A stretch of 32,000 bases of DNA from Candidatus Nanogingivalaceae bacterium (GTDB lineage Bacteria; Patescibacteriota; Saccharimonadia; Saccharimonadales; Saccharimonadaceae): positions 1-32,000 of the forward strand of contig CP072208.2 of NCBI GenBank assembly GCA_015257795.3. Reading direction: 5' to 3'. Position 1 is the stretch's first letter; each line of letters starts with the position of its first letter. This document shows, piece after piece, positions 1 through 9,300 of the stretch. Under the pieces are notes generated by a model, which saw nothing but the letters and a program-made list of their open reading frames with translations, did no database searches and had not been told where the DNA came from. The translations under genes were made by a program, and so were the position numbers.

Positions 1-1359
1 ATGAATGAGTTGTGGAAAAACATCTTAGCTGAGCTTGAAATGGACCCTAGAATCCAAGGTGCAAATTTTAAGACTTGGTTTGCTGACACTCAACTCTTAT
101 CTTTAGAAAATGACCATGCAGTTATTGGCGCTAAAAATTCTTTTATAACTAATACTATCAAGAAAAAATATCTTGAGCATATCAAAAAAGCCTTTCGAAA
201 TAACGGTAAGAATCCTGAAATTATCTCTTTTGAGGTTATTTCCACAAAAAAACGTAAAAAACAGACCGAAGAAATTCCGACACATTCTTCTAAAAAACCT
301 TCTGTTGAGGATTTAATTAAAAAGAAGACCGAAAAAGCCAAACATTCCAGCGGTTTAAACAAAGATTTTACTTTTGATAATTTCATCGTTGGCGGATCAA
401 ACGATCTTGCATTTTTTGCTAGCCAAAATGTTGCCAAAAATCCTGGAACAAAATACAATCCACTTTATTTTTATGGTGAATCCGGATTAGGAAAAACTCA
501 CTTAATGCAGGCAATCGGTAACGAAATTGAAAAAACACACCCAGAATTAACTGTTCTTTATATTACAATTGAAAATTTCTATCGTGATTTTTTGGATAAC
601 GTGCGCTCAAAAAAGCAAGGTTATGCTGATAAATATCGCAATGTCGATGTTTTGATCGTCGACGATATCCAATTTATTTATGGAAAAGATAAAACTCAAG
701 AAGAGTTTTTTCATACTTTTAACGAATTACATCGAGCGAATAAACAGATTATTCTCTCTAGTGATCGTGCACCTTCAAGTATCCCAACTTTAACTGATCG
801 TCTAAAAAGCCGTTTCGAAAGTGGAATGACTGTTGATATCCAACTGCCTGACTTTGAAACTCGTCAAAGTATCGTTGAAGCTCGAGCAGAGCATGATAAT
901 GTTAAACTCGACCCCGAGGTGTCGGAGTTTATCGCCGAAAACTACCGCACAAATATTCGTGAAATTATCGGAGCGGTAACTCAACTAATCGCAATGGCGG
1001 AGCTGCGAAATATTAAACCAAACCTCGAGCTTGCGCAAGGATTAATTCAAAATAGTCGACCGACTCGACCAAATCATCTTAACTCAAAAAAGATAATTGA
1101 TAAAACAGCAAAATACCTGGGCGTTTCTAAAGAAGATATCTTAAGCAAATCTCGTCAAAAAGATATTAATCACGCGCGCCAAGTTGCTTGTTATTTAATG
1201 AAGTATGAGTTAAAAATGAGTTTTCCGCAAATCGGCAAGGAATTCTCACGCGATCATTCGACCATCATGAATGGTGTTTCGAAAATTGAAAAAGGCATTA
1301 AATTGGATGCTGAAATTCGCTCCGAAATCGAGAGCTTACGTGATTTAATTTACGAATAG
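1..1359 (+). CDS. dnaA: Chromosomal replication initiator protein DnaA
   Basis: 452-aa ORF. AAA+ Walker A GESGLGKTHL, Walker B VLIVDDIQF, SSDRAP...LKSRF box, and C-terminal DnaA-box-binding HTH region (ARQVACYLMK...FSRDHSTIMNG). Followed by dnaN and recF, the canonical origin gene order. Confidence 0.97.
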   Translation: MNELWKNILAELEMDPRIQGANFKTWFADTQLLSLENDHAVIGAKNSFITNTIKKKYLEHIKKAFRNNGKNPEIISFEVISTKKRKKQTEEIPTHSSKKPSVEDLIKKKTEKAKHSSGLNKDFTFDNFIVGGSNDLAFFASQNVAKNPGTKYNPLYFYGESGLGKTHLMQAIGNEIEKTHPELTVLYITIENFYRDFLDNVRSKKQGYADKYRNVDVLIVDDIQFIYGKDKTQEEFFHTFNELHRANKQIILSSDRAPSSIPTLTDRLKSRFESGMTVDIQLPDFETRQSIVEARAEHDNVKLDPEVSEFIAENYRTNIREIIGAVTQLIAMAELRNIKPNLELAQGLIQNSRPTRPNHLNSKKIIDKTAKYLGVSKEDILSKSRQKDINHARQVACYLMKYELKMSFPQIGKEFSRDHSTIMNGVSKIEKGIKLDAEIRSEIESLRDLIYE

Positions 1360-1420
1360 AGTCTAAATGGCTCTATTTTTATATCTGTTAATTTGACATT
1401 TTCTATTTTTAGTTTTATAA

Positions 1421-1452
1421 AAAGCGAACAGCTTTATTTGTTCGCTTTTGAC
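1421..1452 (+). terminator. Intrinsic terminator after dnaA
   Basis: Stem aaagcgaaca (1421-1430) pairs with tgttcgcttt (1439-1448) and is followed by a T-rich run. Confidence 0.6.
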
Positions 1453-1730
1453 TTTTTCTAATTATATTTTATTCATATAAATACTAAGAGCACTTCTCTA
1501 TTTGCGAAAATATATTTTTTATTTTATTGCTATGTTTGACAATATGCTGCTATTGTTTTAATAAAGTGTTGAAAGCTTGTGGAAAAATCAAAGATTTCGT
1601 TTGGAAAACCTGTAAAAATCTTGCAGAAAAAAATGGCAAAGTTTTGCACAAGTTTCTTGTGGATAATTTCCAATTTTCAAAATTGTGAAAAAGTATTTAA
1701 TTTATGCACAGTTTTTCAAAAAGTTTTGCT

Positions 1731-1759
1731 TTGATTTTCCACACAAAAAATGGTATAAT
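1731..1759 (+). promoter_or_regulatory. dnaN promoter (TTGATT-N17-TATAAT with TGG extended -10)
   Basis: -35 TTGATT at 1731-1736, 17-nt spacer, TGGTATAAT at 1751-1759. A DnaA box (1735-1743) overlaps the -35/spacer and two tandem boxes lie in the leader. Confidence 0.6.
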
Positions 1760-1846
1760 TTAAGTAGTGAATAAGTGGTTTTCCACAGTTTCCACAACAC
1801 CTATTATTATAACTACTACTTTTTAAGAAAAAGGAATTTGAATTTT

Positions 1847-2941
1847 ATGGAACTGACTGTTAATAAAGATGATTTAGCTAAAGCACTCAATAATGTTGAA
1901 GGAATTGCAAGTGCAAAAACAAGTATGCCTATTCTTGAGAATATTCTTTTACAAACAGATGGACCAAGACTTTTAATTGCTGCTACAAATTTAGAGATTG
2001 CGATTTCGCAAAAAATTAGTGCAAAAATTGAAAAAGTTGGTTCGATTATGGTTCCAGCAAGTTTAACAAAAAGTTTTATTAGTAGTCTTCCATCAAATAG
2101 TCAAGTTTCTTTTAAAGTTAGCGGCGATCATATTTTAATTGAAAGTGGAAATTATAAATCTAAAATTAATGGTTTTTCGGCTGAAGATTTCCCTGAACTG
2201 CCAACAATTGATGAGCCAACCGCACGATTTTTTATGAGTACGGATATTTTTAAAGAAGCGGTTGATCAAATCAACACGGTAAGTATGGATACTTCGCGGC
2301 CAATTTTAACGGGTGTGTTTTTGCATACTTTCGAAAACTATATTTATATGGCCGCAACGGACGGTTATCGATTGAGCGAGCGAAAGTTGTTTGAAACTGA
2401 TCAAGAGTTTGAATCAATTGTTCCAAGCAGTGTTTTAGCAAAAGTTAAAAGTGTTATTCCAGAAAAACTTGATGAAATTGAAATTCTTATCAACGATAAC
2501 CAAATTCAATTTATGGTTGGCGATATTTTAGTAATTAGCAATTTAATTGATGGAAAATATGTTGAATATCGCCGTTTAATTCCCGATAAAACTGAAACTA
2601 CAGTAAAGATCAGCCGCACCGATTTTTACCAAATTGCAAAAGTTGCAAAAGTTTTTAGTGATAAATCTGGTGGAAGTGTTAAAATCACTGCAAACGAAGA
2701 AACTTCGAAATTATCAATGCATACAATTGCTAGCGAAATTGGTGAAAACACATCTGAAGCCGATGCGGAAATTCAAGGTGGAGGCGAAGTTACGCTGAAT
2801 GTAAATTATATCGAAAATGCTTTAAAACCATTAAAATCTTCGAAAATTTATTTTGGATTTTCAGGAAAACTTGCGCCAACAATTTTTAAAAATACAGATA
2901 GCGATGATTATATCCACATTGTGATGCCTCTAAAAAGTTAG
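1847..2941 (+). CDS. dnaN: DNA polymerase III beta sliding clamp DnaN
   Basis: The ORF-track entry starts at GTG 1775, inside the DnaA boxes. The ATG at 1847 (MELTVNKDDL...) is preceded by AAAGGAA and gives a typical 364-aa clamp. Beta-clamp-like sequence (ILENILL, ATDGYRLS, MPLK end) and its position after dnaA support the call. Confidence 0.94.
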   Translation: MELTVNKDDLAKALNNVEGIASAKTSMPILENILLQTDGPRLLIAATNLEIAISQKISAKIEKVGSIMVPASLTKSFISSLPSNSQVSFKVSGDHILIESGNYKSKINGFSAEDFPELPTIDEPTARFFMSTDIFKEAVDQINTVSMDTSRPILTGVFLHTFENYIYMAATDGYRLSERKLFETDQEFESIVPSSVLAKVKSVIPEKLDEIEILINDNQIQFMVGDILVISNLIDGKYVEYRRLIPDKTETTVKISRTDFYQIAKVAKVFSDKSGGSVKITANEETSKLSMHTIASEIGENTSEADAEIQGGGEVTLNVNYIENALKPLKSSKIYFGFSGKLAPTIFKNTDSDDYIHIVMPLKS

Positions 2942-2948
2942 GAATTGA

Positions 2949-3986
2949 ATGATTTTAAAAATTTTAAGGGTTCAGAATTTTCGAACGCATTCTGATTTCA
3001 TTTTAGAAATTGGTGAAAAATCGACATTAATTTCTGGTGCAAACGGTAGCGGAAAGACTTCACTTCTTGAAGCGATTTATTTTACTCTTCAAGGAACTAG
3101 TTTCCGATCGAGCGATAAAGAAATTCTTCGAAATGATGGTTCTAGCTGGTTTCGGATTGATTTAAAAGATTCGAAAGATTCTTTAAGGACGGTTACATTC
3201 GATAATTCCCTTACTAGTTCGAAAAAGCAATTCCTAATAGATGGAAACAAAAAAGCACGCCTGAGCGCAAATTTAAGGGTTCCTGTGGTGCTTTTTGAGC
3301 CTGAAGACTTGCAATTATTGAGCGGGTCGCCGAATCGCCGACGTAATTTCCTGGATCATTTTTTAGCCCAAATTTATCCAAGTTTTCAACTAGCACTTTC
3401 AAGATACAATAAAGCCTTAAAGCAGCGAAATAATCTGTTGAAAAGTGATAATTTCTCAAAGATTGAACTCTTTCCGTGGGATTTGATGCTCGCAGAATAC
3501 GGTTCCGAAATTATTTCGAAAAGATGTGAATTTATAAAATTATTGAATTCGAAGATCGAAAATATTTATGCAGAAATTTCAGGAGTTAAAGATAGTATTA
3601 AAATTCAATATTTGGGCGACAATGTCTCGAAAAGCGAAATTTTAGCGATCTTAAGTGAAAATGTTGAGCGCGATAAGATTTTAGGCTATACAAGTTTTGG
3701 TCCACACAAGCATGATATTCAGTTTATTTTTAATGGAAAACCAGCGCAAAATGTGGCAAGTCGTGGCGAGAACCGTAGTTTAGTTTTAGCGCTTAAATTT
3801 ATCGAAACAGACATTTTAGCGGAACTAACTGGAAAACGACCAATTGTTTTGCTCGATGATGTATTTTCAGAGCTTGATAATGAGCGACAAAAATTACTAA
3901 CTAAGCATTTTTCGAAATATCAAACTATTATAACTTCAACAAACGATATTCAGGTTGACGAATGTAAAATAACCTCACTAAGTTAG
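2949..3986 (+). CDS. recF: DNA replication and repair protein RecF
   Basis: 345 aa. N-terminal Walker A GANGSGKTSLLEAI, signature-like SRGENRSLVLALK, Walker B VLLDDVFSELD. Sits in the dnaA-dnaN-recF order. Confidence 0.93.
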   Translation: MILKILRVQNFRTHSDFILEIGEKSTLISGANGSGKTSLLEAIYFTLQGTSFRSSDKEILRNDGSSWFRIDLKDSKDSLRTVTFDNSLTSSKKQFLIDGNKKARLSANLRVPVVLFEPEDLQLLSGSPNRRRNFLDHFLAQIYPSFQLALSRYNKALKQRNNLLKSDNFSKIELFPWDLMLAEYGSEIISKRCEFIKLLNSKIENIYAEISGVKDSIKIQYLGDNVSKSEILAILSENVERDKILGYTSFGPHKHDIQFIFNGKPAQNVASRGENRSLVLALKFIETDILAELTGKRPIVLLDDVFSELDNERQKLLTKHFSKYQTIITSTNDIQVDECKITSLS

Positions 3987-4001
3987 TGAGGTTATTTTTT
4001 T
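3971..4001. terminator. Bidirectional intrinsic terminator between convergent recF and the T4SS operon
   Basis: Stem aacctcac (3971-3978) pairs with gtgaggtt (3986-3993). It is followed by a T-run on the + strand and preceded by an A-run, which reads as a T-run on the - strand. Confidence 0.6.
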
Positions 4002-4003
4002 GG

Positions 4004-4591
4004 TTAATCTGTAATAGGCTTTACGTTTGTTGTATCTTCTTTACATACGGCAGGGTCGCAGTAATTATATTCGAGAACTGGATTTTCTTCCTTATCGGTG
4101 TCATAAAAATAGAACTTATACCTAAATGGTGTGAAAGATTCAATTTTTACCCATAAGGTTTTTTTGTTAGTATCTAGTTCGATCTTGAAGCGATGTGTGA
4201 AGATATTAGTTTTTGGATCTGTTTTGGCTGAGTAAGAGTCTTTATACATACTTACACGCTTATAATAAGTATTGTAATTATTGCCATTAACTTTAAGCTG
4301 ATACTGTCGAACGACACTTTGAAATTCTTTATACATATTGAAATTTGCGCCGTTATTAACAAACTTTTCAAAGCCAATATACGGAACAGCATATTCTGGA
4401 AGATTTCCACCAGTTGGAGGGCCAATTACTTCGCCCGAAGCTGGATCGATCTCAGGTTTTTTGTTGGCCTCTTGCTGCTGGCGAACAACCGACCAGATTG
4501 CTAAACCAATCATGAGTGCGCTAGCAAATAGAAAGGTTATTACGATAGCTTTGATTTTCTTGTTTTTTAAAATATCTCTAAGCATATTCAA
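4004..4591 (-). CDS. Bitopic membrane protein, last gene of the T4SS-like operon (topology compatible with the VirB8/PrgL class, unproven)
   Basis: 195 aa. Single N-terminal TM (AIVITFLFASALMIGLAIWSVV), then a roughly 150-aa Tyr/Asn/Lys-rich ectodomain. AAGGAG sits 6 nt upstream of the ATG, and the gene starts 6 nt after the upstream stop. No sequence motif recognised. Confidence 0.7.
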   Translation of the reverse strand: MNMLRDILKNKKIKAIVITFLFASALMIGLAIWSVVRQQQEANKKPEIDPASGEVIGPPTGGNLPEYAVPYIGFEKFVNNGANFNMYKEFQSVVRQYQLKVNGNNYNTYYKRVSMYKDSYSAKTDPKTNIFTHRFKIELDTNKKTLWVKIESFTPFRYKFYFYDTDKEENPVLEYNYCDPAVCKEDTTNVKPITD

Positions 4592-4597
4592 CTCCTT

Positions 4598-6358
4598 TTA
4601 TTTAGTAACTCCAAATGCTGCGAAAGTCATTGAGATGACGTAAGAAGGATCATAAGGAGTGTCGTCAAGCTCTTTACGGCCAGGGTTTGCTGTGTACCAT
4701 TTTCCACCTGAGCTTTTTCGAATAACAACATAGTGGCTCGTGTTTAGGAATGGACCGGGGCCAGTTCCTGCTAACATAACCAACCCACCTTTCTTTAGGA
4801 CATCTTCAACAGCATTAACTGAAATATCAATTTTAGATTGTTTTAATCCATAATCTTGTACCATTTCAACAACTCCTAGGGTAGTTCCGTATCCGGCTTC
4901 ATAGCCCTTTTCGGCGGCCTTTTTAGCCATCTCAAGAGGGCTGATGGATTTTCCAGTAAGGGCTAGTACCATGTTGGAAACAGATGTTGGACCGCAGGCT
5001 GCGTGACACATTGTATTTCCAGGATTTTTTCCCCACTGTTCATTAGCCCATCGTGGATCGCATTGTTCGAAAACTGAGAATCCATCTGATGTTGTGTGTG
5101 ATGCGTCGGCTGAAGTCATAAACTTGCCCGAAGCAGATCCGGTTGCACCACAAGAGTCCGATGACTTAGAAGAATTATTACCACCACCATTAAGCGCTTC
5201 TTGTAGGAATTTTACATAGGCTTCCTGTCCCTCAGTATTTGGGTGAATTCCATCACCTGAGTAAAGCTTTTCGCGTCCACCATTTTTCTCGGCGTAAGCC
5301 TTCCAATCTAAAACTTTAACTTCACTATGCTTTGATGCGAATGCTGACAACTTCTTGTTGATTACTTCATAATCAGCGTTACCACCTTTCGAGAAGTTAT
5401 TTACCCAATAAATTTTCTTACCTTTTAATTTACCAAGTAGGGTTTCAGCAGCGCTTTCATCAAAGTTATCGTTAGTTCCAAGATTGATTACAACAGTATC
5501 GTTTATTTCAGCTGGGAGTTTGCTTGTTGCGGCTGCGATTGAGTCTCCGACCGTTGCTGAAACGTTCGAACCTGAGAATGTTGAAGTAAGTTTATCTTGT
5601 ACACCAACAGTAATAGAATCGCCGATGAAGGTTATTTTTCCGCTATTTGATGAACTATTCGAGCTTGAAGATCCTGAATTTGAGCTCGAGCTTGAGCTGT
5701 TTGAGCTTGATGAATTGCTTGAAGAACTTGAAGAACCTCCACCCTTACCTTTATATTTAGCAAGAATATCATTACCAACTTGCTCACCTTCTTGAATACG
5801 TCCAGGTCGCAAATCTTCACGCGGTCGTTCAAACTGAAGCGTCCAGGCTGTAGTTGCTTCTTTCACGGATTTTGCAGAACTTACGGCATTTTTTGCGGCC
5901 ACTTCTGGGCCCTCAAGTTCTGTCCATAGGAAATCTAGCTGAACACCAAGATCTGATACGGGCTTACCCTTTTCTTTGGCATAATTTTCGAGATTTGTTC
6001 GTCGTCCAAAAGACCACTGAGCAATACCATAACCAATTCCGCTACCCGCCTCATTTAAGTCAGGTTGAAAGTGGTTTGATTCACCCCAAAGGCTACCCAT
6101 AACTCCAGCAACCTGTTCATCGCTCCAACCTTTAGATTTGAAGAAGTTCCAGATTTTTTCAGCATTATCGTTTCCTTCGAGGTTCGTGGAGCCACTACCA
6201 CCACCTCCTCCGGTTCCACAATCATCACCCGCATCGTAATAGGTGATATTATTTGAATTGAAGAATTTAGCATTAAAATCTGCTTTGGCTGGAAAGCTAA
6301 TTAAATCGGCTAGCAAAATAGATACGGCTATAATTGGTAAAATTCTGATTCGTTTCAT
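4598..6358 (-). CDS. Secreted three-module cell-wall hydrolase (phage-tail-lysozyme-like + SGNH/GDSL esterase + C39-like cysteine peptidase)
   Basis: 586 aa with a signal peptide (ILPIIAVSILLADLISFPAKA). Residues ~63-185 resemble the phage tail lysozyme family (IWNFFKSKGWSDEQVAGVMGSLWGESN...GYGIAQWSFGRR...QLDFLWTEL). Ser/Asn linker at 206-240. SGNH blocks FIGDSITVG, NLGTNDN, DGIHPN. C-terminal ACGPTSVSNMVLAL ... SHYVVI matches the Peptidase_C39_2 Cys/His pattern. Confidence 0.85.
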   Translation of the reverse strand: MKRIRILPIIAVSILLADLISFPAKADFNAKFFNSNNITYYDAGDDCGTGGGGGSGSTNLEGNDNAEKIWNFFKSKGWSDEQVAGVMGSLWGESNHFQPDLNEAGSGIGYGIAQWSFGRRTNLENYAKEKGKPVSDLGVQLDFLWTELEGPEVAAKNAVSSAKSVKEATTAWTLQFERPREDLRPGRIQEGEQVGNDILAKYKGKGGGSSSSSSNSSSSNSSSSSSNSGSSSSNSSSNSGKITFIGDSITVGVQDKLTSTFSGSNVSATVGDSIAAATSKLPAEINDTVVINLGTNDNFDESAAETLLGKLKGKKIYWVNNFSKGGNADYEVINKKLSAFASKHSEVKVLDWKAYAEKNGGREKLYSGDGIHPNTEGQEAYVKFLQEALNGGGNNSSKSSDSCGATGSASGKFMTSADASHTTSDGFSVFEQCDPRWANEQWGKNPGNTMCHAACGPTSVSNMVLALTGKSISPLEMAKKAAEKGYEAGYGTTLGVVEMVQDYGLKQSKIDISVNAVEDVLKKGGLVMLAGTGPGPFLNTSHYVVIRKSSGGKWYTANPGRKELDDTPYDPSYVISMTFAAFGVTK

Positions 6359-6366
6359 TACAATAC

Positions 6367-9300
6367 TTAAGTATTTCCTTTAATTAAATCCATAGGGTTG
6401 AAGGCACCTTTTTCTCCCGGTACTCCGGTTCCCTTCTTTGTTTCAAAGTGAAGATGTTCCCCGCTTGCGTTTCCTTCTGCTCCGGTAACACCAATCTGCT
6501 GGCCTTTTTTAACTTTATCTCCTTTATGCACGCTATGGGATCGCATGTGTGAATACGTGGTGTAAATATCGCCATTATGCTTAATTGCAACGTAGTGACT
6601 ACCAGCACCCCATCCTACGGTTTCGGCGTCTCCACCGTAAACAACTTCACCGTCTGCTGCCGCATAAACTGGTGCTGCAGAGCCGAAGGTTGCACTACCG
6701 AAGTCTATTCCATAGTGTGTTGATGAGAATCCATCAAAGAATGATCTAGGTCCGAAATCTTGATCTGGCCCAACACCTTCGATTGAGTCACCATTAACTT
6801 TAACACCCTTAACTGGCCACACAAATTCTCCACTAAGTTTAGCTAGATCTGGGTCTACACCTCCTGAACTTGAGCTTGAACTTCCAGATCCGCCACCTTC
6901 GTCAGGTTTGAAATCTTCATTCATACCTTCTTCAACCCGAACATCTGTTAAGAATAGTGCGTATAGATTAGCTTTTGGATTTTTATCACTATTACAAATA
7001 GCTCCAAAGTTATCGTCATCATCATCTTCTGATGCGCCGATTGGTTTTTTGCGGTTGAAGCAATATTTTTCGTACTTTTTAAGTTCGGGACCCATTTCAA
7101 CTGTACTTAGCATATCGTCAGTATCCTCGTCTCCGGAGTTATCTTTTTCTTTTAAATCTCCGCTACTCTTTAGCTCGTTGATAACTTCATCTGTATCTTT
7201 ATCGGCTATTTTCATATCGATACCAGTATAGACATTGCAGAAAATATCAGTTGCAGCACCAGTATCTTTGATAGACTTATCTTCACAAGTGTCCATATTT
7301 GCAATAAAGTTCGCATCATTTGCAGCATGTGCGCCAGGCGTGATTGCAGCGAATGATCTTTGCGCACCACCAATAATCGAAGGCAGGAAGCCGCTGATTG
7401 AGGCTATTTGCTTTGAATAAGGTAGCATATTGCTTACAATTGAACCTAGGAATGTGTGACGAGTATTTGGATCGAACGGACTTCTTGTCTTTCGAATTTC
7501 TTCAGCATTTTCGGCAATTTGCCTTTCGGTCTCATGGTAAAAAGCAACGGCTTGTGATTTAGTTAATACTCCTCCGCTTCCGGCCATTGTGTTTTTAGAC
7601 ATCATCGCAGCAGAACCCGACATTATGGCATTACCAAAATTTTCACCTTTAGTGGAGTCGTTAAGAATTGTTCCAGTTAAACCTTGCGCAACATGCAGAG
7701 ATATCTCATCCATCGCCTTATCTTTTAAGACAGTTAAGGCAAGAGACAGTGCAACACCAACAGCCGCTCCCCAAGCTATAGATCCTAGAACTTCAGCTAC
7801 ACAGGCAGTAGTTGCGCAGGCCACGAGGCTGGCTACGACTACTGCAGCACCAACTACAGCTGTAGTAACAGTTGCAACTTTACACCCTTTACGAACCACC
7901 CAGCCAAGAGTTCCGCTAGTGAATGTATCCATTATTTTTGCTAAAGCACCAGTTATACCAACTTGATAGTCTTTTGCCGAATTATCTAATTTAGAGACGC
8001 GGTCTCCATAAGCAACAGCGCGCCAACCCTGCGAATCTGTAGCGCTTTTTCCAGGACTATTTTCTTCAGCTGAATCTGCGAAAAATGCAAAGGCCTCTTT
8101 TAATCTAGAAGTATTAGAATCGCTTTGTTCGCTGTCTTTTTTCTCGTCGGAATCTTTCTTATTAGCAATTCCCATTAAACTATTTCCTTGAGCTGTGACT
8201 TCTTCTTGGGTTGCATCACCGGACCTGATCTTTGAAGACATCGAAAGGAAAGATAGCCCAAACTGAGCAAAAACTTCAACTTTTGCTACTTTCGCAACAC
8301 TCCATCCCATAGTTACGAGTGCATACACGCCACAAATTTTATCAATTGCATTTAATGGGCCACTAAGTGTCTGACCTACACCCTTAATGGTATTTGCGGC
8401 TGCAATGGATTTTTGTCGGGCATTTTTAAAGCCCTTTTTGAGTTTATCACTATTAGATTTTAACTTATCTTTAACTGCACTCGTACCCTTATCTCCTTTT
8501 TCAACTTTACCGTCTTCTGGGTCCGGGTCACCCTTACGGCTTTTGCCGTCAGCGTCCTCTTCTTTCGAATGATCATTGGCAGTTTTTTTCATGTCCTCAT
8601 CAATTTCTTCTTCGGTTTTGCCCTTGTTATTCTTTCTCCATTTCTTGAAGCTAAACCACCCCTTAAGCTTTCGCCACTTCTTGTCTAGGAAAGATGCAAA
8701 GCGCCCGTTATAGCCACGTTTAAAAGCCTCCCGAACCTCGGGATTTTTAGTTAGCACATTTTTAATATCTGAAGATGTATTATTTATTGTAATTTCTTGG
8801 CCAGCCTTAGTGTAGGTTAAGGATTTGATTTTTTTACGACCAAAAAGGCCATCACCATCCTCTAGTTCAACTTTAAAACCAGCCTCGCGTAGATTCTTAA
8901 TATTTCGATTAGTCACTCGTGACATTCGACAAACGATTCCTGCCGTACAGTTTGCGCCCTTAACTTTAAGTTTCATAACTTTTACGCTTCGCTTGTTCAT
9001 GCTTATCGAGGCTGAGTTGAGCTTTTCGGTAATCATTTCAGTGATATGGTTCGACATCAGGGAGACCATATTAAATGTTCCGGCAAAAATTAAAGCACCA
9101 ACACCACCAATAACTCCACCAGTTGTAGCAAAAGCTCCCTTACCCTTAAAGAATGACATCGCGCGGTTTTTTGCGCCGCCTTTTGAGGCTGCATTTCGTG
9201 ATTTATGAGTTCCTCCGCCGCTAACATTATTACGCCAACCACTTGATTGAGTTGTGGTTGCGTCTTTCATGAGGGTTTCGTTATCGCTGATTCCTGAACT

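Larger units (their letters stand above)
1360..1846. other. Candidate chromosomal origin (oriC) in the dnaA-dnaN spacer
   Basis: 488-bp non-coding spacer. Perfect DnaA box TGTGGATAA at 1658-1666. One-mismatch boxes: TGTGGAAAA 1578-1586, TTATGCACA 1702-1710, TTTTCCACA 1735-1743, TTTTCCACA 1779-1787 and the abutting GTTTCCACA 1788-1796. The very AT-rich tract at about 1360-1560 is a possible unwinding element. Confidence 0.75.

Noticed and set aside
1775-1846. GTG-initiated N-terminal extension of dnaN in the ORF track (MVFHSFHNTYYYNYYFLRKRNLNF).
   Set aside because: The extension is translated from the DnaA-box and promoter-leader region. The ATG at 1847 has an AAAGGAA RBS and gives a normal-length clamp.
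5484-5795. 103-aa plus-strand ORF with ELE/LEL repeats, and similar ORFs at 17230-17589 (-), 17283-17591 (+), 18854-19231 (-) and 18922-19200 (+).
   Set aside because: They lie antisense or out of frame over Ser/Gly-rich linker codons of well-supported genes. The repetitive E/L or R/Q composition mirrors those codons. They have no RBS or independent signals.
6908-9208. Several 60-127-aa plus-strand ORFs nested in the 1039-aa gene (6908-7231, 7235-7420, 7589-7966, 8387-8572, 8825-9208).
   Set aside because: All are antisense to a long ORF with clear M23 and TM features. They are Ser/Pro/Leu/Ala-rich shadow frames without start-site signals.
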